NCBI GenBank assembly: GCA_963803525.1
Contig: CAWDMV010000012.1
Location: forward strand, 209,354 to 241,353
Source of the DNA: Lewinellaceae bacterium
GTDB lineage: Bacteria > Bacteroidota > Bacteroidia > Chitinophagales > Saprospiraceae
DNA length: 32,000 nucleotides
Direction of reading: 5' to 3'
In this document: positions 24,468 through 32,000 of the stretch, in pieces
Position numbering within the stretch: position 1 is the stretch's first letter
Layout: every line of letters starts with the position of its first letter
Program-made: the position numbers and the translations under genes
Notes under the pieces: generated by a model
What the model saw: only the letters and a program-made list of their open reading frames with translations
Databases searched by the model: none
Told to the model about the DNA's origin: nothing

Positions 24468-24749
24468 ATGTCCGAGCAACTTAACCCCCGCGACCTCGAC
24501 CGCGTCATTGAAATGGCCTGGGAGGACCGCACCCCGTTCGCCGCGATCGAATACCAGTTCGGCCTGACCGAGGCGGACGTCATCCGGCTCATGAAACGTG
24601 AGCTTAAACTCAGCAGCTGGAAACGGTGGCGCAAGCGCGTCCAGGGCCGCAAAACGAAGCAGTCCGCCCCGGGCGCGGGTGGCGCGGGCCGCTTCAAGTC
24701 GGACGCCCAACGCGCCATCTCCGGAAACCGGCCCTCCAAGCCCCGCTAG
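24468..24749 (+). CDS. DUF2805 / TIGR03643-family small protein
   Basis: 93-aa ORF. The core DRVIEMAWEDRTPFAAIEYQFGLTEADVIRLMKRELK...WRKRVQGRKTK matches my recollection of this family. Confidence 0.75.
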   Translation: MSEQLNPRDLDRVIEMAWEDRTPFAAIEYQFGLTEADVIRLMKRELKLSSWKRWRKRVQGRKTKQSAPGAGGAGRFKSDAQRAISGNRPSKPR

Positions 24750-24876
24750 CCGGTGAAGGGGCCACCTACGCAAAGCACCGTAGTTCCGCCAACTTATTTG
24801 CCGATTGCACGGAATAACGTGCACCATTTCCGGATAATTGAGTTTGGTCTTTACTTCAACACCACAAACGCGATCT

Positions 24877-27800
24877 ATGCAATTCCAAACTTTTACGCAC
24901 TCATTACTGCTCGCCTGTATCCTCTCGAGTTTTGCGCTTTCCGCCCAGAACACGGAGGTGATTACCGCCCGGCTGAGCGGTCAGCAGGAAGCACTCCCCG
25001 TCACGACGATGGCGGTCGGCCAGCTACGCATCGAGGTCACTCAACGGGAAGACGATAGCCTACGGCTGGTCGTTACGGGTACCTTCGACCGGCTTTCCTC
25101 TCCGGTGGCTACCAACATCGGTGGGGGAGCACACATTCACGCGGGACTCCCCGGCCAGAATGGGAACGTCATACTGGCGCTTTCGCCCAGCCTCGACGCG
25201 GATTCCCTGGGGGGAGATTTCTTGGCGGAAGCCAACACCTTCGTCGTAGCCGAGGATTTCGCCGGCGATGCGGACTCCGGTGGTCTGTACGTCAACATAC
25301 ACACCCAAAACTACCCCGGTGGAGAAATACGGGGTACGCTGGGCTTTGAGGACACGGACAAGTACTTCACCAACCTGCTGGGCAGCTACGAAGTACCCTC
25401 CGTCCTAAGCAGAGCGTCCGGTGCGCTTTTTCTCGAGTTGGACGATGACGTCCTCTACATCACTGGTTCCTTCCGCGACCTGAGTAGCGACGTAGCTACG
25501 GACATCGGCGGTGGCGCGCATCTGCACGTGGGTCTGCCCGGGGAAAACGGCTCGGTCGCCATTCCCCTAAGCATTCAACTGAGGGACGACAACCGCAGCG
25601 GTATTTTCTTGGACGATGACGAGGGCTACGACCTTTCGGAGGAACAGATAGACTTACTCGAATCGGGGCTATTTTACGTCAACCTGCATACGGACAGTTT
25701 CCGCACGGGGGAAATCCGTGGACAGGTTCTCCCGGTAGCCGATGCGATTTTCCGGGCCCACCTTGCCGGAGCTAATGAATGGCCGGTGGTCACCAGCAGC
25801 GGATCCGGCCAGGTCCTGGGGCACGTGATGGATGGTACGCTCCGCTTGATCGGCACTTTTGGCGATCTCAAGTCGCCCATAGCTACTTCCGTCGGCGGCG
25901 GCGTTCACCTACATACCGGCATGGCTGGTAGCAATGGGGGCGTGATTATTCCCGTGGATTTCGAGGCGGGGGAGAACGATCGGATGGCCTCCGTGTCCCC
26001 GGCCAACAACGAATACGCGCTGAACGACGCCCAACTCGACATGCTGTTCGATCGGGGTATCTACTTTAACGTTCACACCGAAATGCATACGGCCGGGGAG
26101 ATTCGCGGCCAGATGCTGGGCGAAAGCCAGGCGGTCTTCACGAGCTTCCTGACCGGCAACGAACAGATCCCCTCGGTCACGACCACCGGTCGCGGGATGG
26201 TGAAAGTAGAAATGCTGGGCGACCGGATGACGGCTTCCGGCAGCTTTCAGGGCCTGATGAGTCCGCTCAACACCTCCATCGCCGGGGGGTCTCACTTCCA
26301 CGCCGGTTACCCCGGACAGAGCGGTCCCGTAGTGTATCCCCTCACCGCCGAGCAAATGGACAGCGACACCAGCGGGCGCTACTTACCGATGGACAATACT
26401 TTCGCCATCAGCAATGGCGTCGCCGATACGCTGATGAAGCGTTTCTTCTACGTTAATGTCCACTCCGAAGAGTTCGGAGGTGGAGAGATCCGCGGCAGCG
26501 TGCTGGCCGAAGCGGAGAGCTACTTCCTGGCCCCGCTCTCGGGTGCCAGCGAACCGCAGGGAGTACCCACTATGGCTACCGGTATGGTCGCCGCCGAGGT
26601 AACCGATACCATGGTCACCCTGGTGGGCTCCTTCGCAGACCTGGACAGCGACTTTGCCGCCGACGTGAACGGGGGCATGCACTTGCACCGCGCCCTGGCC
26701 GGTAGCAATGCGGGAATCGTGACGGGCATCAACACCGAGATCGCTGACGACAACCGCAGTGGAGAAGTATTGGCCGACAGCAATCGCCTGCGGCTGACGC
26801 AGGTGCAACTGGCCGCCATGCTGGACCGCGAGATATACGTCAACGTCCATACGGCCGATTACCGCAGTGGCGCTATTCGTGGACAGGTGCTCCCGCTTGC
26901 CGGCAGCTACTTCCATACGACCTTCTCCGGAGCGAATGCCACCAACTACGTGATGACTACCGCGCAGGGTGGTTTGAAATTGGAGCTGATCGACACGACC
27001 CTCCGGGTTTCCGGTAGCGTGACCATGCTCGACGGCGATTTCGATGCCTCGGTAGCCGGCGGCGCCCACCTGCACCTGGCCCCGGCCGGACAAAACGGCG
27101 GCATCGTCGTTTTCCTGAATGCCGACCCCGCCGACGACCTCAAGAGCGCCCGCTTTACCATCGATAGCAATACTTTCGCGTTGGCGGATACGGTGGTCAC
27201 GGCGCTCCGCACCGGACGTCTCTACGCGAACATCCACACGACCGAGGTAGGCAGCGGCGAGGCCCGCGGTCAGATCCGCGGCGAACTGAACCTGCCCCCG
27301 GCCATGTCGATGATCCTGAGTCCCGCCGATGGCGACAGCCTAAGTCTGGAGGGCGCTTCTACACTGCCGTTCCGCGTCACTTACGCGTCCACGACCGACC
27401 CTGATATGGACACCGTCATCTACGTGTGGCAGTTGGCAGCCGATGAGGATTTCGAAACTGTTCTTTTCGGTGCCAACACCGGTCGGGATACGTTCTTCAG
27501 CACGGACTTCGGTACGGTAGCGGCACTGCTTGACGGGGCCGGCGTGATCAGCGATACCACCCTCACGCTCTACCACCGCGTGCTGGCGAGCGATGGGAGC
27601 AATTATACCCCTAGCGCGGCCGCTAGTGTGGTGATTACCCGCGGGAACATCGTGAGTACCCGCGACCTGCTCCCCGAGGGCTTCGCCGCCCGGGCCTTCC
27701 CTAACCCCGCCCGGGGCAACAGCCTGGTGACCTACGAACTGAAGACCCAGGAAGCCTTCCGCGGCCGCTTGCTGCTCTTCAACCAGCTGGGGCAGCTGCG

Positions 27801-27942
27801 CCAGGACGTGAACCTGGACGCGCAGGTGGGTACCCAGAACATTCCCATTGACATGAGCGGCTTGCCCGCCGGACAGTACTTCCTGACGCTACGCAACGCA
27901 CAGGGCCAGTTAATCCACGCTACGCGTCTGCTGAGGCAGTAG
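24877..27942 (+). CDS. Secreted protein with six tandem CHRD domains and a T9SS (Por) C-terminal sorting domain
   Basis: ATG at 24877 with signal peptide [25 protein letters not shown]. Six units of about 135-140 aa each carry GG(A/V/S/M)H(I/L/F)H...G..G.....(Y/F)(V/F/A)N(I/L/V)H(T/S)......GEIRG. The tail [15 protein letters not shown]...[12 protein letters not shown] is typical of a T9SS C-terminal domain. Confidence 0.85.
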   Translation: MQFQTFTHSLLLACILSSFALSAQNTEVITARLSGQQEALPVTTMAVGQLRIEVTQREDDSLRLVVTGTFDRLSSPVATNIGGGAHIHAGLPGQNGNVILALSPSLDADSLGGDFLAEANTFVVAEDFAGDADSGGLYVNIHTQNYPGGEIRGTLGFEDTDKYFTNLLGSYEVPSVLSRASGALFLELDDDVLYITGSFRDLSSDVATDIGGGAHLHVGLPGENGSVAIPLSIQLRDDNRSGIFLDDDEGYDLSEEQIDLLESGLFYVNLHTDSFRTGEIRGQVLPVADAIFRAHLAGANEWPVVTSSGSGQVLGHVMDGTLRLIGTFGDLKSPIATSVGGGVHLHTGMAGSNGGVIIPVDFEAGENDRMASVSPANNEYALNDAQLDMLFDRGIYFNVHTEMHTAGEIRGQMLGESQAVFTSFLTGNEQIPSVTTTGRGMVKVEMLGDRMTASGSFQGLMSPLNTSIAGGSHFHAGYPGQSGPVVYPLTAEQMDSDTSGRYLPMDNTFAISNGVADTLMKRFFYVNVHSEEFGGGEIRGSVLAEAESYFLAPLSGASEPQGVPTMATGMVAAEVTDTMVTLVGSFADLDSDFAADVNGGMHLHRALAGSNAGIVTGINTEIADDNRSGEVLADSNRLRLTQVQLAAMLDREIYVNVHTADYRSGAIRGQVLPLAGSYFHTTFSGANATNYVMTTAQGGLKLELIDTTLRVSGSVTMLDGDFDASVAGGAHLHLAPAGQNGGIVVFLNADPADDLKSARFTIDSNTFALADTVVTALRTGRLYANIHTTEVGSGEARGQIRGELNLPPAMSMILSPADGDSLSLEGASTLPFRVTYASTTDPDMDTVIYVWQLAADEDFETVLFGANTGRDTFFSTDFGTVAALLDGAGVISDTTLTLYHRVLASDGSNYTPSAAASVVITRGNIVSTRDLLPEGFAARAFPNPARGNSLVTYELKTQEAFRGRLLLFNQLGQLRQDVNLDAQVGTQNIPIDMSGLPAGQYFLTLRNAQGQLIHATRLLRQ

Positions 27943-27965
27943 GATAACGGCGCCATCTGCACGAA

Positions 27966-27998
27966 AGCCCCCAACCCTTACCGGTTGGGGGCTTCTCT
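27966..27998 (+). terminator. Rho-independent terminator after the CHRD gene
   Basis: 11-bp stem AGCCCCCAACC / GGTTGGGGGCT with loop CTTACC, followed by the T-rich sequence TCTCTATT. Confidence 0.65.
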
Positions 27999-28118
27999 AT
28001 TCATGGAAATTCGGAGTGGGACTGACAAAATGTCAAGGGGCCGACGCTGCTCATGCCAATTTCCGCCGCACCGGCGTACGCGCCCGAAAAAGCGTCAGGA
28101 TTCCGGATCGGGATGGTC

Positions 28119-28134
28119 TGGCACAGTGCTTGCA
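28119..28134 (+). promoter_or_regulatory. Candidate sigma-54 (RpoN) -24/-12 promoter upstream of dnaK
   Basis: TGGCAC-AGTGC-TTGCA at 28119-28134 matches the consensus TGGCAC-N5-TTGCA exactly. The GG and GC dinucleotides are correctly spaced. It lies 50 nt upstream of the dnaK ATG. Confidence 0.5.
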
Positions 28135-28183
28135 ATTAAGGTGGCGACAGCATCGTCCAATAAAATTTAGAAACAAGAATCGT

Positions 28184-30109
28184 ATGAGCAAGATTATCGG
28201 AATTGATTTAGGTACGACCAACTCATGCGTGGCGGTGATGGAGGGCAACGAGCCCACCGTGATCTACAACGATGAGGGGCGGAACACCACCCCGTCCATC
28301 GTTGCGTTCCTCGATGCCGGAGAGCGCAAGATCGGCGAGCCGGCCAAGCGCCAGGCCATCACCAACCCCACGCGTACGGTCGCGTCCATCAAGCGTTACA
28401 TGGGCCAGCGCTTCGACGAAGTGAAAAACGAAGTAGAGCGCAGTGCCTATAAAGTCGTCAAGGGCGACAACGGACTGGCCCAGGTGGAGATCGACGGACG
28501 TAAGTACACGCCCCAGGAGATCAGTGCCATGGTCCTCCAGAAAATGAAGAAGATCGCCGAAGACTTCCTCGGCACCGAAGTGACCGAGGCGGTAGTAACG
28601 GTCCCCGCTTACTTCAACGACTCCCAGCGCCAGGCCACTAAGGAAGCCGGCGAAGTGGCCGGACTTACCGTCCGCCGCATCATCAACGAGCCTACCGCGG
28701 CCGCCCTGGCCTACGGCCTCGATAAGCGGAGCAAGGACATGACCATCGCCGTGTATGACCTCGGTGGCGGCACCTTCGACATCTCCATCCTCGATCTCGG
28801 TGACGGCGTCTTCGAGGTGAAGTCGACCAACGGCGACACCCACCTCGGTGGGGATGACTTCGACCGCGTACTCATCGACTTCCTCGCCGACGAGTTCAAG
28901 AGCCAGGAGAACATGGACCTGAAGAAGGACCCCATGGCCCTGCAGCGCCTGAAGGAAGCCGCCGAGAAGGCTAAGATCGAGCTCTCCAGCTCGACCGAGA
29001 CCGAAGTCAACCTGCCCTACATCACCGCCGTCGACGGCGTGCCCAAGCACCTGGTCGTAAAAATCAGTCGCGCCAAGTTCGAGCAGCTCGCCGACGAACT
29101 CGTACAGCGCACCCTCAAGCCCTGCGAAAAGGCCATGAAGGACGCCGGCATCAGCAAGAGCGAGATCGACGAGGTGATCCTCGTCGGTGGTTCCACCCGG
29201 ATCCCCGCTATTCAGGAGGCCGTAGAGAAGTTCTTCGGCAAGAAGGCCAACAAGAGCGTGAACCCCGATGAAGTCGTGGCCGTGGGTGCCGCCATCCAGG
29301 GCGGTGTACTGAGCGGCGACGTGCAGGATGTACTGCTCCTCGACGTGACCCCGCTGAGCCTCGGTATCGAAACCATGGGCGGCGTGTTCGACACCGTGAT
29401 CGAGAGCAATAGCACGATCCCCGTCAAGAAGTCGAAGGTGTACTCCACCGCGACCGACAACCAGCCCTCCGTGGAGATCCACGTACTCCAGGGTGCCCGC
29501 CAGATGGCGAAGGATAACCGCCCCATCGGACGCTTCGTGCTCGGAGACATTCCCCCCGCCCCCCGCGGCGTACCCCAGATCGAGGTCACTTTCGACATGG
29601 ACGCCAACGGTGTGCTGAGTGTCACCTCCAAGGATAAGGGCACCGGCAAGGAGCAGTCGATCAAGATCGAGGCCGGTACCGGACTGAGTAAGGAAGATAT
29701 CGAGCGCATGAAGGCCGAGGCCGCCGAAAACGAGGAAGCCGACAAGGAAGCCCGCGAGCGGATCGAAAAGCTCAACGGCGCCGACCAGCTCGTCTTCCAG
29801 ACCGAAAAGCAGCTGAAGGAGTTTGGTGAGAAGATCCCCGCCGATAAGAAGACGGAGATCGAAACCAACCTACAGGCCCTGCGCGATGCCCACAAGTCGG
29901 AAGACATCACCGCCATCGACAAGGCTACCGAGGCCCTCAACGCCGCCTGGAACGCCGCGAGCCAGGACATGTACCAGGCCGGTCAGCAGGAAGGTAACCC
30001 GACGGCTGACGCCGGCGCGGGTGCCGATGCCGGCGCAGGCGCGAACACCGGAAGTACCGGAGCCGACGATGTCCAGGACGTAGAATTCGAAGAGGTAGAG
30101 GGCAAGTAA
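28184..30109 (+). CDS. dnaK: Molecular chaperone DnaK (Hsp70)
   Basis: Uses the frame of track ORF 28016..30109, with ATG at 28184 ([21 protein letters not shown]). The canonical Hsp70 signatures are present: [16 protein letters not shown] and [11 protein letters not shown]. Confidence 0.98.
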   Translation: MSKIIGIDLGTTNSCVAVMEGNEPTVIYNDEGRNTTPSIVAFLDAGERKIGEPAKRQAITNPTRTVASIKRYMGQRFDEVKNEVERSAYKVVKGDNGLAQVEIDGRKYTPQEISAMVLQKMKKIAEDFLGTEVTEAVVTVPAYFNDSQRQATKEAGEVAGLTVRRIINEPTAAALAYGLDKRSKDMTIAVYDLGGGTFDISILDLGDGVFEVKSTNGDTHLGGDDFDRVLIDFLADEFKSQENMDLKKDPMALQRLKEAAEKAKIELSSSTETEVNLPYITAVDGVPKHLVVKISRAKFEQLADELVQRTLKPCEKAMKDAGISKSEIDEVILVGGSTRIPAIQEAVEKFFGKKANKSVNPDEVVAVGAAIQGGVLSGDVQDVLLLDVTPLSLGIETMGGVFDTVIESNSTIPVKKSKVYSTATDNQPSVEIHVLQGARQMAKDNRPIGRFVLGDIPPAPRGVPQIEVTFDMDANGVLSVTSKDKGTGKEQSIKIEAGTGLSKEDIERMKAEAAENEEADKEARERIEKLNGADQLVFQTEKQLKEFGEKIPADKKTEIETNLQALRDAHKSEDITAIDKATEALNAAWNAASQDMYQAGQQEGNPTADAGAGADAGAGANTGSTGADDVQDVEFEEVEGK

Positions 30110-30135
30110 GCCCCCCTGCCACCGCGCTAATGACT

Positions 30136-30176
30136 AAGCCCGTCAGCCTCCTTAGGAGGCTGGCGGGCTTTTTTCG
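30136..30176 (+). terminator. Strong rho-independent terminator after dnaK
   Basis: About 16-bp stem AAGCCCGTCAGCCTCC / GGAGGCTGGCGGGCTT (with one G-T pair) and a short loop, followed by TTTTTT. Confidence 0.85.
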
Positions 30177-30199
30177 TTGTGGTATGCTCGGTGGTAGCT

Positions 30200-31327
30200 T
30201 CATAGAGCACGGACCGGCGACCACGCGTGCCGTAATTGCTGTACCAGTTCGATACTTGGTACGTGCGGTATCCTGTTATTTTCCGCGTCCAAATCCCACA
30301 GGCCACAGTTGGAGTAGGACGTTAAGTCATCCCAGTCCGGCCGGTCCAGCACGGGATAAATACATACGCCGAAAAAATCGTCCGTGGCGGCAAGCACCTG
30401 CTCCACCTCTCCTGCGATCTCTTCCAGCCAGGGTACCCGGCCCTCCCCGAAATGGCCGGTTTCCGAGAGGAAAAATGGCCGGCGATAGCGGAGGTGGGCC
30501 TGCAGCAGCAGCTGGTGGAGGGGGACCCGGCGAGCTTCCCCTTCCGGTTCCGGCCAGGGAAGGGGAACGACGCCGTCCCTCCACTGCCCGTTGTAGTAGT
30601 AGTTGAAGCCGAGCAGGTCGAGGTACTCCTCCCGGCCGCCCAATTCCGGACACATCCGACCGCCGATGATGTCCATGGCCTGAAACTGATCGTTGTTCAT
30701 CCGGGCGATGTGGCCGAAATCGGAGTCCCCGTGCCCGTGCACCCGGATAAGGGGCTCGATGGTCAGAATCCGACACCTAGGGTCGACTTCCCGGAGTGCC
30801 TGGATGCCCTGTATGGCCGCGCGACAGAGGTGCCACTTGATGTCCCAGCCGGAGTTCGTGGCGAAGGGTACCGTACCCCGCACGTCCCCGCTGTGCCAGG
30901 CTAGGAAGCTGATCTCGTTGATGGGCACGACGTACAACTGGGCATCGGTCACCTGCCGGTGGAAGACGGCAAAGGCCCGGCAGAGGGCGACGAAGCGGGG
31001 CACGAACTGCGGGTGGGTAGGAATGAGTCCATCGGGATAGCCGAAGTGGCAGAGGTCCCACAGTACTTCGATGCCGGCCGCATGGGCGGCCCGTAGCCGA
31101 TGGGCCACTTCGCTAAAGTCAAATTGGTAGGGAGCCGTTTCGACTGCACTCCAGCATACGCCCTCCCGCGCCACCCGAATGCTCAGCGCCGCCAGGTCGG
31201 TGAAGTCCTGCGCGGCACGTCGGTCGTGCTCCGTATACTTCAATAGATTGATGCGCTCACCCGAGCGGTTGATGTGATCGGCACATTCGTAACCACCCAT
31301 CAGGAAGGAGGGTAGGGTAGGAATCAT
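30200..31327 (-). CDS. Clan-A TIM-barrel glycoside hydrolase-like protein (GH1-like)
   Basis: 375-aa ORF. Candidate acid/base motif VVPINEISFLAW (NE) and candidate nucleophile motif FFLSETGHFG (ETG) resemble the GH1 NEP and ITENG motifs. No signal peptide. Its ATG overlaps the glf stop (ATGA at 31324-31327). Confidence 0.65.
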   Translation of the reverse strand: MIPTLPSFLMGGYECADHINRSGERINLLKYTEHDRRAAQDFTDLAALSIRVAREGVCWSAVETAPYQFDFSEVAHRLRAAHAAGIEVLWDLCHFGYPDGLIPTHPQFVPRFVALCRAFAVFHRQVTDAQLYVVPINEISFLAWHSGDVRGTVPFATNSGWDIKWHLCRAAIQGIQALREVDPRCRILTIEPLIRVHGHGDSDFGHIARMNNDQFQAMDIIGGRMCPELGGREEYLDLLGFNYYYNGQWRDGVVPLPWPEPEGEARRVPLHQLLLQAHLRYRRPFFLSETGHFGEGRVPWLEEIAGEVEQVLAATDDFFGVCIYPVLDRPDWDDLTSYSNCGLWDLDAENNRIPHVPSIELVQQLRHAWSPVRAL

Positions 31328-32000
31328 TCAGCGGTGACTTCCTCGGTCCGCACGGTCGGGCTCGGATCGGGGGCTTCCCCTTCCAGTTGTTGGAAGAGCT
31401 CGAGAGCATTGCGGAAGGCTTGGTCCATATTGAAGTACTTGTAGTTCGCGAGGCGGCCTACGAAATATACGTCCTCCAGCGCTTCCGCCTCGGCACGGTA
31501 CCGCTCGTAAATCGCTTGGTTGCGGGCGTTGGGTACGGGGTAATAAGGATCTCCCTCGTCGGTGGTGTACTCCTTAACGATAGTAGTGAAGCGTGGGCCG
31601 GTCTGGTTGCCAAAGTGGCGGTACTCCACGATGCGGGTGTAGTCAACCTCCTTGCCCGGGTAGTTAACGACCGAATTTTCCTGAAAGACCTCCTGCTCCA
31701 CGGTTTCGGAGACAAAATTGATGGAGCGGTACTCCAGCTTTTCCTCCAGGCTGTGCTTGAACTCGAAGAAGCGATCGATCGGGCCGGTGTAAAAGAGTTT
31801 CTCGTACCCCCCGAGCTCCTCCTTCACATCGAAGTAGTCGGTGTCCAGGTGGACCGTGATATTGGGATGATCGAGAATGGCGGCGAAGAGGCGGGTGTAT
31901 CCCCCCTTGGGGAGCGCCTGGTACCGATCCGAGAAGTAGCGGTCGTCGAAGTTGGTCCGCACCGGGATGCGGTTCAGGACGGATGCATCGAGCTCTTCGG
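31324..32000 (-). CDS. glf: UDP-galactopyranose mutase (5' end beyond the window)
   Basis: The frame stays open to the window edge, so the GTG at 31962 in the track is internal. The C-terminal half ...NRIPVRTNFDDRYFSDRYQALPKGGYTRLF...YFVGRLANYKYFNMDQA is characteristic of Glf. Confidence 0.9.
   Translation of the reverse strand, partial: EELDASVLNRIPVRTNFDDRYFSDRYQALPKGGYTRLFAAILDHPNITVHLDTDYFDVKEELGGYEKLFYTGPIDRFFEFKHSLEEKLEYRSINFVSETVEQEVFQENSVVNYPGKEVDYTRIVEYRHFGNQTGPRFTTIVKEYTTDEGDPYYPVPNARNQAIYERYRAEAEALEDVYFVGRLANYKYFNMDQAFRNALELFQQLEGEAPDPSPTVRTEEVTAE

Noticed and set aside
26383-27237. 284-aa minus-strand ORF inside the CHRD gene, together with similar ORFs at 25909..26355 and 6680..7848
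   Set aside because: These are antisense or off-frame shadows of genes with clear domain repeats or motifs on the other strand.
27943-28183. Search for a CIRCE/HrcA operator or a sigma-32-type promoter upstream of dnaK
   Set aside because: No TTAGCACTC-N9-GAGTGCTAA-like inverted repeat and no CTTGAA...CCCCAT-type promoter are visible. The only strong consensus match is the sigma-54 box, which is reported as a finding.
28223-29970. Minus-strand ORFs (28223..29482 of 419 aa, 29212..29970 of 252 aa) inside dnaK
   Set aside because: These are antisense shadow ORFs of the canonical DnaK gene, with repetitive, motif-free translations.
1-32000. Window-wide look for CRISPR arrays, transposases, integrases, phage genes, toxin-antitoxin pairs or known defence-system components
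   Set aside because: I recognised none. No regularly spaced repeats are present. No ORF carries DDE/recombinase, nuclease-helicase, STAND/AAA defence or restriction-modification signatures. The only mobile-looking sequences are the non-coding TIR-bounded repeats.

Overview
This is a 32-kb chromosomal window from a fairly high-GC organism that looks like a Bacteroidota-type lineage. The evidence for that lineage is a T9SS C-terminal sorting tail, TRL-like, DUF1080 and DUF4249-like lipoproteins, and TAnnTTTG-type -7 boxes.

Content: I call about 25 protein genes, two directly abutting tRNAs (Ser-GCT, Pro-TGG) and three clear intrinsic terminators.
- Housekeeping genes: rnz, uvrC, dnaK, glf (partial), an RsmC/RlmG-type methyltransferase, a class-V PLP enzyme and a STAS protein.
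- Accessory content, in order:
  - A two-gene exopolysaccharide-type operon. Its 1280-aa product fuses a processive GT2 synthase (D,D,D,QxxRW), a GH26-like module, a second GH-like module and an Ig/PKD-like tail. It is preceded by a translationally coupled secreted glycosidase.
  - Divergent from that operon, an NTQ-motif (chloride-pump type) microbial rhodopsin, followed 10 nt later by a DUF2254 membrane protein.
  - A 1001-aa fusion of an APH-like kinase, an M23 peptidase and a class-III aminotransferase.
  - Two tandem paralogous helical proteins of unknown function, next to an ankyrin-repeat protein.
  - A secreted protein with six tandem CHRD domains.

Non-coding signals:
- A 166-bp repeat bounded by terminal inverted repeats is present twice in opposite orientation (147/166 identical by hand alignment). 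It looks MITE-like.
- A separate 185-nt fold-back element lies at 17082-17266.
- A perfect sigma-54 -24/-12 box sits in front of dnaK.

Two genes (glycerate kinase, DUF2254) are each broken by a missing base in a G6 or C7 homopolymer. This looks more like assembly error than biology.

I found no CRISPR array, transposase, integrase or recognisable defence system. The best candidates for something undescribed are the synthase-glycosidase fusion operon, the rhodopsin-DUF2254 pair and the kinase-M23-aminotransferase fusion. All family assignments come from motif recognition by eye, not from database searches.
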